Positions 1-11,976 of a stretch of 64,000 bases of DNA are shown piece by piece. The stretch's first letter is position 1. The number at the start of each line of letters is the position of its first letter. The notes below the pieces were generated by a model that worked only from the letters and a program-made list of their open reading frames with translations, made no database searches and was not told where the DNA came from. Source of the stretch: Octopus sinensis (taxonomy: Eukaryota); NCBI RefSeq assembly GCF_006345805.1, contig NC_043023.1, positions 4,588,001-4,652,000 of the forward strand, given 5' to 3'. The translations under genes were made by a program, and so were the position numbers.

Positions 1-52
1 CAGTAACATACACACGCTCACACACCCATATGTATATACACATGCACACTGG

Positions 53-85
<33 letters not shown>

Positions 86-136
86 GAGAGTAGTGTAGTT
101 CGCTTGAGGCATTGTGTATTGTTTGTAAAGAATAAA

Positions 137-254
137 AAGTTTTGAATGGTACAACAACGCACTATAATACAGACAGTGGACTATATACCTATTGTAATTT
201 AGTCATCGAGCCCATTGTCAGTATTATAGTGCATTGTTATACCATTCAAAACTT
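137..254. repeat. Fold-back (inverted repeat) element between TA/CA microsatellites
   Basis: 137-170 aagttttgaatggtacaacaacgcactataatac is the near-perfect reverse complement of 221-254. Imperfect pairing extends to 171-180/211-220, leaving a ~30-nt loop. Confidence 0.85.
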
Positions 255-272
255 ATATAATATATATATATA

Positions 273-307
<35 letters not shown>

Positions 308-349
308 GATTTCGAATTTTGGCACATACAAATTTATGCATCATACAAA

Positions 350-1500
350 TTGCTAAATTATGGAGAACCTATTAGCTGCAGTAATACAGCTTTAAGAGGA
401 GCAACTACAGGAGTTGCAGAAGCAAGTATTACAACAACAACAACAGTTAAATGAGTTACAGTCAAGGATGTCCAAAAATTCAGTAAGTTTGTTTACACCA
501 GATGGCGTGGCGAACTCGATTTCTGAATTCACTTATAATCTGGAGGAGGATATGACATTTCCTGTGTACTATAGAAAGCGTGAGAAAATTTTTAACAAAG
601 ATTGTAAGTCATGGTTGAATGAGGAAAAAGTAAGGCTATTACTATGCAAGGTAGCTCCAGCCGAGCATGAATGCTATTGGCCAAAAAGTCGAGTGAGATT
701 GGTTTCCAAGAAGCTATTGAATTACTGTCAAAGATTTTTTGTGACAAAAGTTCCTTATTTAACACTTGAATGGAGTGTGGGAATTTAACAAAAAATTATG
801 ATGATGACTTTATTACATATGCTGGAGTAGTCAACCATATGTGTGAAAAGTTTAAGCTTCAGGAACTCACTCAGGATATGTTTAAATTCCTTATCTTCAT
901 ACAAGGCATGACGGCAACTGAAGGCAAAGAAATTCAGGCAAGGATTCTCTCAAAAATGGAGCAAGCAAACCAAGACTTAACCCTACAGACCATTGCAGAA
1001 GAATGTCAAACAATGGTAAAGCTGAAGCACAATGTGAAAAAAAATTCAAGAGAAAGATTCCACAAAAGTACAAATGTGTCAACCCAGAAAGTACAGCCAA
1101 AAAAGAGTACCAGGCCCTAATCCATGTTACAGATGTGGAGACCTACTCTTCAGAAAGGAATGTCTGTTTTAAAACTAAAAATACTATAGTTGTCAGAAAC
1201 TTGGTCACAAAGGCTCACACTGTAGGACAAGATTACAAAGGTCAAATGCAAAAAGTTCTAAGGCACTTTCAGCAGAAGGTGAATATGACACAAAACAAGA
1301 AAATTCATAGTCGTAAAAATAAATGGTGTAAATATTAAACTACAGTTGGATACAGGTAGTGATATTTCTGTCATAAATGTGGATACATGGAGAAAAATGA
1401 GGAAACCAAGGATATGTAAAACAGCAAAAAGTACTGTTCACAGCAATTGAAATTGTAAATGAATGGTGTGCATTAAAAAATAATAAGATTAGGCTGGGCC
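350..1500 (+). mobile_element. Degenerate Ty3/Gypsy (K02A2.6-like) gag-protease remnant
   Basis: Frameshifted ORFs 414-788 (KVRLLLCKVAPAEH) and 770-1120 (DDFITYAGVVNHMCEKFKLQELT). A zinc-knuckle remnant CYRCG...CQKLGHKGSHC lies at ~1123-1225. The aspartic protease motif LQLDTGSDISVI has DTG at 1349-1357. Confidence 0.85.
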
Positions 1501-4500
1501 AATTTCTCTACAGAATTGAACGACTGCTTAAGGACATGCCACCCTCCACTCCTGACTCCAGAGGACATGTGTGTCTATATATACACACACATGTATATAT
1601 ATATATGTGTGTGTATATATATACACACACACATATGTATGTATATATTGTTTAGCATGTTTTCCATGCTGGCATGGGTTGGACAGTTTGACTGGGGACT
1701 AGCAAGTCAGGAGGCCACACCAGGCTCCAATCTGATCTGGCAATGTTTCTACAGCTGGATGCCCTTCCTAACATCATCCACTTTGAGAGTGTAGTGGGTG
1801 CATTTCATGCTACTGTACAGGAGCCAGTCAGGGTGGTGGTGGTGGTGGTGTTGACCACATTCGGATGCTGCTTTTTACATGCCACCAGCACAGGGAGCCA
1901 GTCAGGCAGCACTGGCAACGACCCATGTGTGTGTGTATTTTTGTGTCTGTCTCCCACCACTTGCTGGTTGTGTACATTCCCATAACTTAGCAGTTTTGCA
2001 AAATAAACTGATAGAGTTAATAGTAGGCTTAAAAAAATAAGGGTTAAGGTTATATGCCAGAGAAAATGGGTAGCCATCCTATGCCCCTTACAGAGTAATG
2101 TGGACTAACCAGTTACTCAAAGTATTCATTGTGGAGTCACAAGGTTTAGTGGTCTGGTTGTTGAACTCATGATCATAAGATTGTGGTTTCAGTTCCTGGA
2201 CCAGGTGATACATTGAGTTTTTGAGCAAAACATCATTTCACATTGCACCAGTCCACCAAGCTGGTAAAAATGAATAATCCTGTGATGGACTGGCATCACA
2301 TCCAGGGCAGAATATATACACCACAAAAATCAGAAAACTGATCTTATGCACCTAAATGATTCATGAAGGAGCTCCATCCTGTTTTGTTCTTGAGCAAGAC
2401 ACTTTAAATCAAGGACACAACAGCCTGTTGGGTATCGAACTCATGACCTTACAATTGTAAGCCAAGTACCCTAACCACTGAGCCATGCACCTTCACAATC
2501 CTTTAAAATATTCAGAATTGGAATAGTTCCAGAGTTTGGTATGGTTATTTGCATCTACAAAATGGGACAGCTTAGAGGTGGCACTGAAATCTAAAAGTTC
2601 GTATCATAGAACCAAGAGTGGTCTCAGGTGGGTTGGCATAAAAAGGGTGACAAATACAATTTGTGGTGGATCTCCATCATTTGGCAATGAGGATTCAGTT
2701 GTTGAATCAACAGAGTTATCTGCCTCTGAATTATGTAATTAGCAGAGTATTGCACAGACATTTCTCACAATGTGTGTGTGTGAGTGACAAGGGTATATCT
2801 TTTAAATTACAGGTACCAGTCCACTTGATGGTCTTCCATGCAGTTTCTGTTTCTCAAGGTTGGGGGTGTCTCAATACCCTGGAAGATGTCATTTGTGCAA
2901 GATGCCACAGAGCAGGATTGAACCTGGGACCTTGTAATTGAGAAATAAACTTCTTAATCAATTGGCTGTATTGGACCTACAATACAGCTGATAAAAAGCA
3001 CCCAGTACACACTGTAAAGTGGTTGGCATTAGAAAGGGCATCCTGCTGAAGAAGTCATGCCAAAAGAGACAAATAGAGCTTGGACTGCCCTTTGGCTGGC
3101 CAGCTCCTGTCAAACCATCCAACCCATGGAAACCCAACATCTAATGATGATGTTAGTTTTATATCTAAATTTGGCGCTACTAGTGCGTACTATATATGAG
3201 GTTACAAATGAAAATTAATTCCTAAGCAATGTCCGAGTCTCTATTTGCTGTCCAGCAATGTTTATTCAGATGCATTTTGTGATGTCGGGCGTGAAAATAC
3301 CTTAAGCTAAGCCTGAAAGCAATGAAGTCATAAAAGAATCATCCATAACTTGCAGTAAGCAACATTTATTAAACGTTATTACTGTTATTTCTTTATTTTC
3401 TGCAAACAAAATGCACAAAAAAGCTACACGTTTGCATTATGCTATATATACAATAATAATAAAGGACATTACCGTATACATTTTTACAAACCAAGGACGT
3501 TATATAGACCTCCTTGACTCAAGTTAGAGAAGGGGTGCGTATTATACACAAGGTTTAGGTTTTTCAGAGGTACAGCCCCCTAAAAATCCCCTGCATATTA
3601 TACTCAAAGGCGGACTTTACTCGAGGATTTACGGTAGATTTAACAGAAAAATAATCTTTTGTATTGTTGTTAAAATATTTCGTTAACCCAAGGACAGCAA
3701 GCTGGCAGAACTGTTAGCATACCAGGAAAAATGCTAAGCTGCATTTCATCTGTCTTTACATTCTGAGTTCAAATTTTGCCAAGATTGACTTTGCAAATTC
3801 ATCGTTTCAGAGTCAATAAAATAAGTACCAGTTGAGTACTGGGGTCAATGTAATTGACTTACACCTCCCCCAAAATTGCTGGCCTTGTGCCAAAATTTGA
3901 AACCAATATATTTCAATAACCTCTGTTCACTATTTTCAGTGGAGAGCAATCCTTCTACTGTTGGTACTTTCCCTTTCTTAAGGTCCTGTATAAGGATTAT
4001 TCCCTCACTAAATTCTAAGACTTTTCACACTCCACTGACTTTCTGTGGTGCCAAGAAGCATAACTACTTCCTAATTATCTTCTGGACCCACATCCTCTTC
4101 CCTTTGAGAGTATGCTCTAACACCTTGTCGTCATAGCTTTTACCTCTCTTTCTCAGCTCCCCCTCAACTACAGCCACCCATCCTTATGTAATACTAACAC
4201 TGTGTAACACAATTTCTGTCCTTGGGTAGCAACTATTATTTCCTGTTTGCTGACCCCTAGAAAGTATGAGAAATGGCTAATATTTCATTCAAACTTTACT
4301 TTTGTTACATTTATTCAAACCCCAAAGAATCTTTCCCAACACATGGTTCCCCTACTACTTCTGCCTATGATCAGAGGTGCACATATTGTCAGCCACTAAG
4401 GGACATGCTCAAGTAGGTATGGTCAAGCAATTGACAAGCAAATCTGTGGTGTAGAGCTGAATATTTGCTATAATGAAATTTCTGTTTCAGCAACTCAACG

Positions 4501-4645
4501 CTGAATGTTAGATGTTTAAAGTTTAATAGTTTACCCAATCAGAAAACGATTTGGAAGCTAGCATTTTCTTCATTATAGCTGTGTATCATTTAAGTCAACA
4601 TTACAAGACACATTTTTTCAGCAAAATGAAAGCAATTACATGTCA

Positions 4646-5033
4646 TATACATGTCTGATCAATAAGTATCCAGCCTGTTGCCATAGTAACGAAGCTAAAG
4701 CACACAGAGTAAAGCCACTTGGCACAGATTAACCTTGAACTCTGCTGTGCATGCGCACTAAGTTTTAACATTGAAGCTCACGTCTGCTGTTTACTGCAGT
4801 GCTTGGAAGGAATGTGTGTAGCATTTGATCATCGCATTGACCATGACAGAAAAAGTTGAACAGAGAATCTGCATCAAATTTTGCCAAAAGCTTGGTGATA
4901 CCTGCTCAGAGGCCTAGGCAAAGTTGAAGAAAGTGTATGGAGAAGAGTGTATGAGCCACACACAAGTGTACAAGTGGTTCAGATGTTTCCATGAGGGCTG
5001 AAAAAATGTCAACAGTGACGAACATTCTGGGAG
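4646..5033 (+). mobile_element. Mariner transposon 5' fragment (N-terminal HTH), pseudogenised
   Basis: From ATG 4843 it reads MTEKVEQRICIKFCQKLGDTCSEA*AKLKKVYGEECMSHTQVYKWFRCFHEG*, a typical mariner N-terminus with in-frame stops. Confidence 0.85.
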
Positions 5034-5560
5034 TTTAGAATGGAAAGCAGAGATGGGGAGATGGTGTAATTACCAAATGCATAGGTAAAATGATACATTG
5101 GGTAAAAAGTAGAAAAGGCATCCAAACAAGACACAGGAACCAACTGAAAAAGAGATTCGTGGAACGCAAATCAAAGAAGTTGGAGAAACCAATGGAATGG
5201 TTGTTCCAAGTACCAATGCCACTGCAGGTGATTGAATCCAGGTGCACAAGTGTGAGAAAAAGACAACATATAGACTTCCTGAACATAGATGCCAAATGCA
5301 AAAAAATATTAAATTATACAAAAAAAGGGGGGGGGGTGAATAAAAAATTATTGCTAAATAAAATGACATTTCCTAAGAAAAATGTAAAAGGAGAGATGTA
5401 GGGAATTAGTAATAATGGTACACCCCTCCCACATGATGAATGGAATAACCTAGTCACTATAAGTAAAGAGAAGTACGTGAATTATGGGTGTACATAGTAG
5501 GCAGTCAGAGATAGTCTTCACTTGTTTTACTAAGTATACTGTATACCGAAGTAGATGTTA
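5033..5560 (+). mobile_element. Gypsy integrase C-terminus, polypurine tract and start of 3' LTR
   Basis: ORF 5090-5401 (GKMIHWVKSRKGIQTRHRNQLKKR) resembles the Gypsy pol C-terminus. Purine tract aaaaggagaga (5386-5396) is directly followed by TGTAGGG at 5397. The LTR end was not determined. Confidence 0.55.
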
Positions 5561-7699
5561 TCACAATCCAGCATTCTTAAGGATAATAACAGTATGTATC
5601 TTATAAAAAGAAAGGAAAGAAAATTAGACAAACGGAATGCAACTCTTTATCAGGTTTTATTTCCCCTTTGTCTTCTCTTTCCACTTTTTGTGTCAACCTC
5701 CTCCTTTTTTCTCATGGTTTCTCATGTACCAGCATCCTGTCTTTCAAATAGAGTAAAGTATGTGCCCAGAGCCAGAAGATTGTTTGGAGACACAAGGCAC
5801 ATTATAAAAATCTGCCTAACCACATGTTTCAATGGTATATGTGTATGTAAGTATATATTTGTAAGAGTGCATGTGTTACTATTTCCTTGACATCATGTGA
5901 TAGCTGTAAATAAGTGTCGCCTTCATGTAAGTGGTGTCCTTATTTCCAGTCTTCCATGAAAACATGTTTGGCGATGAGCAAATATTACTTTGCTTGGAAA
6001 CAGGTAAGATATGATGGTAGGAAGGCCTTCTACAATAGAAAATCTGCCTCAACAAATTCTGTCGAGCCCTTGCAAGTATAGAAGCATAAATCCAGATAAA
6101 GAGAATGTAACAATTTTCTCTGCATTAATCAGGAAACATAAGGATGCAAACATCAAACGGAAGACTCTTTCTAAGACCAGACCTTATACTAATGAGTAAA
6201 AAGAGGTTCTGTATGCTTGTTTGAAAGCATTCCTGGACCTGAATAAATACCAAAAGTGAGAGTTTTTTTTATCATGTCTACATTTTATAAAGTACATCTT
6301 AGCTGGAATTAAAGATAAACCACAGGATGTGCTGGTTTATTAAGTTTTTGACATTCATAAAAGATCACTTATAGTTGCTGTGCATTTAATTATCTCCTGT
6401 CGATTGGTCTGTCTTTTTCAAAATATACATGCTCATTCAGACTTTAATTATATCAAACACAGTTATTGAATCAGCTAGTTGACCTTACTTAGCTTGAAAG
6501 ATGGCAAAACTGATTTAATGATTCTTCCAGGAAACCCTAGGTAGCTTCATTTCACAGGGCTTTCAGGTGTTTCTTAATCATAATAGCTTTACTCACTTTG
6601 GTGATCAAGTACTATACTACTTATTTTTGTTTTCTATTTATTTCAGTCATGACACTGCAGCCATGCTGGGATACTGCCTTGAAAAATTCTTTTTAGTCAA
6701 ACGAATTGACCCTAGTATTTCTTTTGATTTTAAGCTCGGTACTCATTCTGTCAGTCATTTTTACCTGAACTGCTAAGTTAGAGAGGTGTAAACAAATCAA
6801 CACCAGTTGTCAAGTAGTAGTAGGGAGACAGACACACACACAAACATATTATATATATATATTTCCCATCTTTCAGTCATTGGCGGTCTTCTTTTTTCTT
6901 TTTCCTCCTCTTCTTCTTCATATGCTAAAACTTGAAAACCGCCATTACTATTACTATTACGATTCTGCAATTTAAATTCCCAGTTCAACTACTTTCTTCT
7001 TCAATTTCAACTCCCGCTCGATGACCGCAGCAAGTTCTTAAAAAATTTATCTTACTATATTTTTTATTCGTTGTTAATACGTTTATTCATACACTGTTAC
7101 GAAAATTTAACCTTTTTTAAGATACTTTCAAGCCTTCGCCATAACTTGATTTATCTTCCTATCTCTCTCTCTACAATATTTAACCGCAGGCTGCCTCAAG
7201 CCGTAATCCCATCTTTTTCCCATCTTTCAGTCATTGGCGGTGCGCCCGCCCCCCCACCCCCACCACCAATACCGTTGAACACTGTTCTCACCCCCCCACC
7301 ACCAATACCAGTATACCCCGTTCTCTCTATCTACACCGGATACACCTTACTCATCTACACTGGGTACGCCCTACTCCCTCCTCCTCCTCCCACTACCACT
7401 TCTCCTCATATGCTTAAGACAAGCTGCTAGCGCCATAGCTCATCAACTGCCCACCGATCTTACGCTTCCTCCTGACACTGCCTCAATCCGACCATCCCCT
7501 TTTAGTACCCTCCCACCTCGTCACCTACCCATTCTAAGTACCCCCCTACCCATTCTAGTACCCCCCTACCCATTCTAAGTACCCCGGATCCCCAAAGTAC
7601 CCCGGATCCCCAAAATACCCCAGTCCCCAAAGTACCCCGGACCTCGTTGCCCCCGTGCCGCTGACACGTTAAAATGCTCGAATCCGATCGTGACGATGC

Positions 7700-7912
7700 C
7701 GGACCCTCCGGCCCCTGTGCAGGTGGCACGTAAAAAGCACCCAATCCACTCACGGAGTGGTTGGCGTTAGGAAGGGCATCCAGCCGTAGAAACTCTGCCA
7801 GATTCAGACTGGAGCCTGGAGCGGCCCCTGGCTTCCCAGACCCGGTCAAACCGTCCAACCCGTGCTAGCGCGGAAAGCGGACGTTAAACGATGATGATGA
7901 TGATGATGATGA
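7700..7912 (+). mobile_element. RTE-LINE 3' tail / tail-sharing SINE with (GAT)n end
   Basis: ggtggcacgtaaaaagcacc...gttaggaagggcatccag...gcggacgttaaacgatgatgat. The same tail follows RTE coding remnants at 36110-37990 and 62660-63315. Confidence 0.8.
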
Positions 7913-7981
7913 TATATAATAATATATATATATATATATAATATATATATATAAATATATAATATAATATAATATATAATA

Positions 7982-8145
7982 GGCGCAGGAGTGCTGTGTG
8001 GTAAGTAGCTTGCTTACCAACCACATGGTTCCGGGTTCAGTCCCACTGCATGACACCTTGGGCAAGTGTCTTCTATTATAGCCTTGGGTCGACCAAAGCC
8101 TTGTGAGTGGATTTGGTATTTGGAAACTGAAAGAAACCCGTCATA
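7982..8145 (+). mobile_element. tRNA-derived cephalopod SINE (5' half)
   Basis: Head ggcgcaggagtgctgtgtggtaag with B-box-like ggttcagtcc. More than 10 related copies occur in the window. Confidence 0.85.
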
Positions 8146-8149
8146 TATA

Positions 8150-8533
8150 TCTTTATATATAAAAGTGAAGTTGTGTGTCTGTCTCCTACGATTTAGATTC
8201 CTAACTACCACCACATTTTGCAGTGCAGTGTAACCAAAAGCAGGTATCTTATAGTCGTGATTCATATCGAGCCCTTCTGGGTATTAGCACGCGTCTACGA
8301 TGAGTTTACGATTTAAAAAAAAATTTACCATCATTTTTCCCCATTTTTTTGCTATTATATAAGGGAAGTAACTCTCTAAAAATGTATTATTAAATCTCAG
8401 AACGTAAAAAGCTACAGTAACCCCCCCCTTTGTGGTTAGCCATATTGAGATGGCTATTATATGTTACATCTCTAAAAATGCTTATATAGTTATTTCCCTT
8501 ACAAACCCGAGCAACGCCGGGCGATACTGCTAG
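8150..8533 (+). mobile_element. Non-autonomous Helitron
   Basis: Starts TC after A (8149/8150) and ends CTAG (8530-8533) before T. Subterminal hairpin cccg-agcaacgc-cggg at 8506-8521. Confidence 0.85.
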
Positions 8534-8580
8534 TATATATATATATATGTATATATAACTTATAAAATAAGTTATATATA

Positions 8581-9068
8581 AAATTTTATCCTACATTAGT
8601 TGTAAATTTAATAGTGTTCACTTCCGGATTCTCTCATTCTGTGAAAGTTTCTAGTTCGAATCACACGTGGCTCGAGATGTGCTGAAGATTTTCTATTTTG
8701 GATATATTTGGGGTACTTAGGTCTGCTCAGGACTTAGTGCTTGCCATTTCCATGGGTATGAGTAAGTATTCCATTTATGTCTTACATATTTATCGCTGAA
8801 GAGGGGAAAATTCTTATGAATTAACCCCGAAATTGGGACCAATACGGTAATAACGGATTTTTTAGAAATTTCTATCGGCTTGTTTCGAGATGCATAAATT
8901 ATAATGGTTATTGACAATTTTGCCTTTTTTTCGGCATATTTGGCATTAGAATTTTTCTTTTGCCCTTATTTTATAAGTTATTTATAAATTTAACCTTTAA
9001 AGGTGTTTTTTGATATGCTGGCCATTGATAAAAAATTTTTTCGAAAAAAATTTTATCCTACATTAGTT
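8581..9068 (+). mobile_element. 467-bp ribozyme-bearing unit with 21-bp terminal redundancy (retrozyme / Penelope pLTR-like)
   Basis: aaattttatcctacattagtt occurs at 8581-8601 and 9048-9068, and a complete hammerhead lies inside. Confidence 0.6.
8790..8850 (+). ncRNA. Minimal type I hammerhead ribozyme
   Basis: Stem I ttatcg/cggtaa; core CTGAAGA 8796-8802; stem II GGGG/CCCC extended by AATTC/GAATT; GAAA 8829-8832; stem III TTGG-ga-CCAA; AUA cleavage triplet 8842-8844. Confidence 0.85.
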
Positions 9069-9439
9069 ATGTATGTATGTATGTATATGTTTGTGTGTCT
9101 GTGTTTGTCCCCCCAACATTGCTTGACAACTGATGCAGGTATGTTTACATCCCCTTCACTTAGCTGTTCAGCAACAGAGACCGCTAGAATAAGTACTAGG
9201 CTTACAAAGAATAAGTCCTGGGGTCAGTTTGCTCGACTAAAGCCAGTGCTCCAGCATGGCCGCAGTCAAATTACTAAAACAAATGAAAAAATATAAAGAA
9301 AATGGAGAGTTTGAACACAGAAAGGACAGAAGAAGATAAGTCATTAGTTTAGACTCATAACACAAGAAATAAACATAAAGAAAATAACCCCGAAAACGAG
9401 GCACAGCAATATTAATAAGGAAACAGCAACAGGTGCTGA

Positions 9440-9925
9440 AAATAAAACCTGTGATTGTGCCAATAAAAATAAAAATACATGTCCATTAAGAAATTTTTGT
9501 AGAGGAAAATGTATATTAGGTGTAAAGTAATATCTGAGGGACAGCACTACTACAATGTAGGCTCCACGGAAAATTATATAAAAAGAAGGATAGCCAACCA
9601 TGAAAACACTTTTAGAGATAAAAGGAAAGAAGCTAGCACTAGTTTAAGTAGATTAGTCTGGGATATTAAGGACAAAAATAAAGAATATACGCTGAAGTGG
9701 GAAGTAATTAGGAGGGCAAAATCTTATAATAATGGAAGCAAAACGTGTGACTTATGTGTAGAGGAAATTTTCCAGATCATTACATCAAAGCACAAATTAA
9801 TCAATAATAAAAGAAAAAGAGGTTTTTGTTGCCCACATAGGATTAAATATATGATTAATAAATTCAAACAAATAAAATTAAATAGACATTATAAGAATAG
9901 TTATACATCTAGTAAATCCAAATAA
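9440..9925 (+). pseudogene. Penelope-like element GIY-YIG endonuclease remnant
   Basis: CDC..CPL..C linker (9449-9500), then YRCKV...YNVGST...KRRIANHENTFRD...STSLSRLVWDIK...CDLC..E...CPH. No RT was found upstream. Confidence 0.8.
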
Positions 9926-10139
9926 ATATAATTAAAAAAGGCATCATGTAAATAAATGAATATCTAAAATTAATAATTCTATGTTTATCAAATAGCAAAA
10001 CACACATTGAAACCTTTACTATCAGCTGATTTATCAAAATGAATAATTTAACAATTATATCAAATGAGGGATAGAGAGCTTGTTATATTTTTTAAGGGAA
10101 AAAGTATATGTGTGTGTATGTATATATATATATATATAC

Positions 10140-10186
10140 TTTATTTTAAGCAGCAAAAAATTCAATTGCTGCTTAAAATAAAGCAT
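10140..10186. repeat. Short AT-rich hairpin next to (TA)n
   Basis: tttattttaagcagcaa ... ttgctgcttaaaataaa, a 17-bp perfect stem. Confidence 0.75.
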
Positions 10187-10252
10187 ATTACTCTACCACT
10201 GGTATTTGAGTACTCTTTTTTCCACCTTGTTTCACATTTATGTGTTTACTCC

Positions 10253-10298
<46 letters not shown>

Positions 10299-10879
10299 TA
10301 GGTGAATGAATTATCCTATGTTTATCGTCAGCATGGAAAATTCGTTTAACCGAAACCTGGGTAGCAAATTCACGTCAGAAAACACGGTTGAAGCGACCTG
10401 CCAAGGGTAGAAACTCCGGGTTCATGTGCAGAAATTTGTGTGTTGTATATGAATAAATGAAAGAATGGAGTCGAACGAAGATGTTAACAAAATTCCGTTA
10501 GGAGAATTGACGTCAAAAATGGATAGTAGGAGGAAGGAAAGGGATAAAGTAATAATGGGTAGGGGACAGTATGTTTGCTGTATGTATGGAAATGTGTGGG
10601 TGTGTGCTTGTGTTAATGAGTGCGTGTGTTTGTATGTGTGTGTGTATAACTGCATTTGTGTCTGTGTGTGTGTGAGAGAGAGAGAGACAGACGTCAAAGA
10701 TAGATAGTAGTAAGGGAAGGTATAGAGGAGTAATAGGTAGGGAACAAGTGGAGAGGGAAGTGTACGTTGATTGAAAGAATGTTCGAAGGCTTAGGAAAGA
10801 ATTTCTCTATAGCAGTGGGGTGGACATGAAGCTAATTGTTCAAACCACAGTGACAACCATTATCATTTATATGAGTAGA

Positions 10880-11545
10880 AAGTGTGTTTCTGCCAGTGTT
10901 TACATTTGTACGATTTTTCTATGAGTGTGTTTACTAGGGGAACCTTAGCGAAAAGAATATGGAAGAGTTCAGAGTTACAAATGTTAAAAAATCTCCTGCC
11001 CTTATCAAAAGGAAAGGATACAGACAATATGAACTAATCTAACTTGAAAATTATATTATTGTCTTTAAGACGCCAAACTAATTTACTTAGCTCTGTACTA
11101 TGTCGTTTTTTCCTATCCCTGAATGTCGAATAGTGGTTAGAAATTCTCTTGGATAACTGAGAAGTGGACGCTCCTATATAAAAGAAAACGTCGGTACCGG
11201 AAGAAATTCTACACTGGTAAATGGAATTCTTAATCTTAGAATTACTAGACAAATATTTAATTCTGTTAGGGTTGTCCTCCGAGATCGAGACGAAGTTTTT
11301 ATTGTTATGATTGTTGTTTCTATTATTATTATTAGCGCTAACAACTACACTATTTCTATTATTAGTAGTATTATTAATTGTACTACAGCCAGCAATACCA
11401 CCGACAATAATACCATTATTGTTGTTACCATCAACACTACCATTGTTATTAACACGACTAATACTATTATTAATATTATCATTGTTAACACTTTCGTTGC
11501 TACCAATGCTGCTACTATTAATATTATTCCTATTATTATGATTTC
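10880..11545 (-). pseudogene. GIY-YIG endonuclease with Asn-rich N-terminal extension, one internal stop
   Basis: ORF 11034-11252 reads IYQCRI...FYIGAST..LSKRISNHYSTFRD...STELSKLVWRLKD. The frame is open ~100 N-rich codons upstream. Homology to the 9509 copy continues past the TAG at 11034 (GRRFFNICNSELFHIL...). Confidence 0.8.
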
Positions 11546-11891
11546 CCTCTCCACTTGTTCCCTACCTATTACTCCTTTATACCTTCCCTTACTACTATCT
11601 ATCTTTGACGTCTGTCTCTCTCTCACACACACAATCACAAATGCAGTTATACACACACACATACACACAAACACACGTACTCATTAACACAAGCACACAC
11701 CCACACATTTCCATATATACAGCAAACATACTGTCCCCTACCCATTATTACTTTATCCCTTTCCTTCCTCCTACTATCCATTTTTGACGTCAATTCTCCT
11801 AACGGATTTTTTTAAAAAACACTCATTATCGCTCTGTTTACCATGTAGGCAATCATCGAAATTTTTGTTTGTGTTGTTGTCGAGAGAGGCT

Positions 11892-11976
11892 CCTTTTCTT
11901 TCCTGATGAGAAGATCGCATAATGCACCTTCAGAATGAAAATATGCTGTCTTCGAAACATGTGTTGAGAGTAAAGG
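11892..11976 (+). ncRNA. Minimal type I hammerhead ribozyme
   Basis: Stem I CCTTTTCTTTC/GAGAGTAAAGG (1 mismatch); CTGATGA 11903-11909; stem II GAAGA/TCTTC extended by GCATA/TATGC; GAAA 11954-11957; stem III ACA-tg-TGT; GUU triplet 11963-11965. Confidence 0.8.

Noticed and set aside
10326-10422. Two partial hammerheads (GAAACCTGGGTA; TTGAAGC-GACC..GGTA-GAAACTCCGGGTT)
   Set aside because: The cores are mutated or inverted. They are treated as decayed parts of the 10330-12016 element, not as functional RNAs.
11311-11674. Leu/Ile/Val-rich multi-TM-looking ORFs
   Set aside because: They are alternative frames of the Asn-rich (AAT-type) leader of the GIY-YIG ORF.
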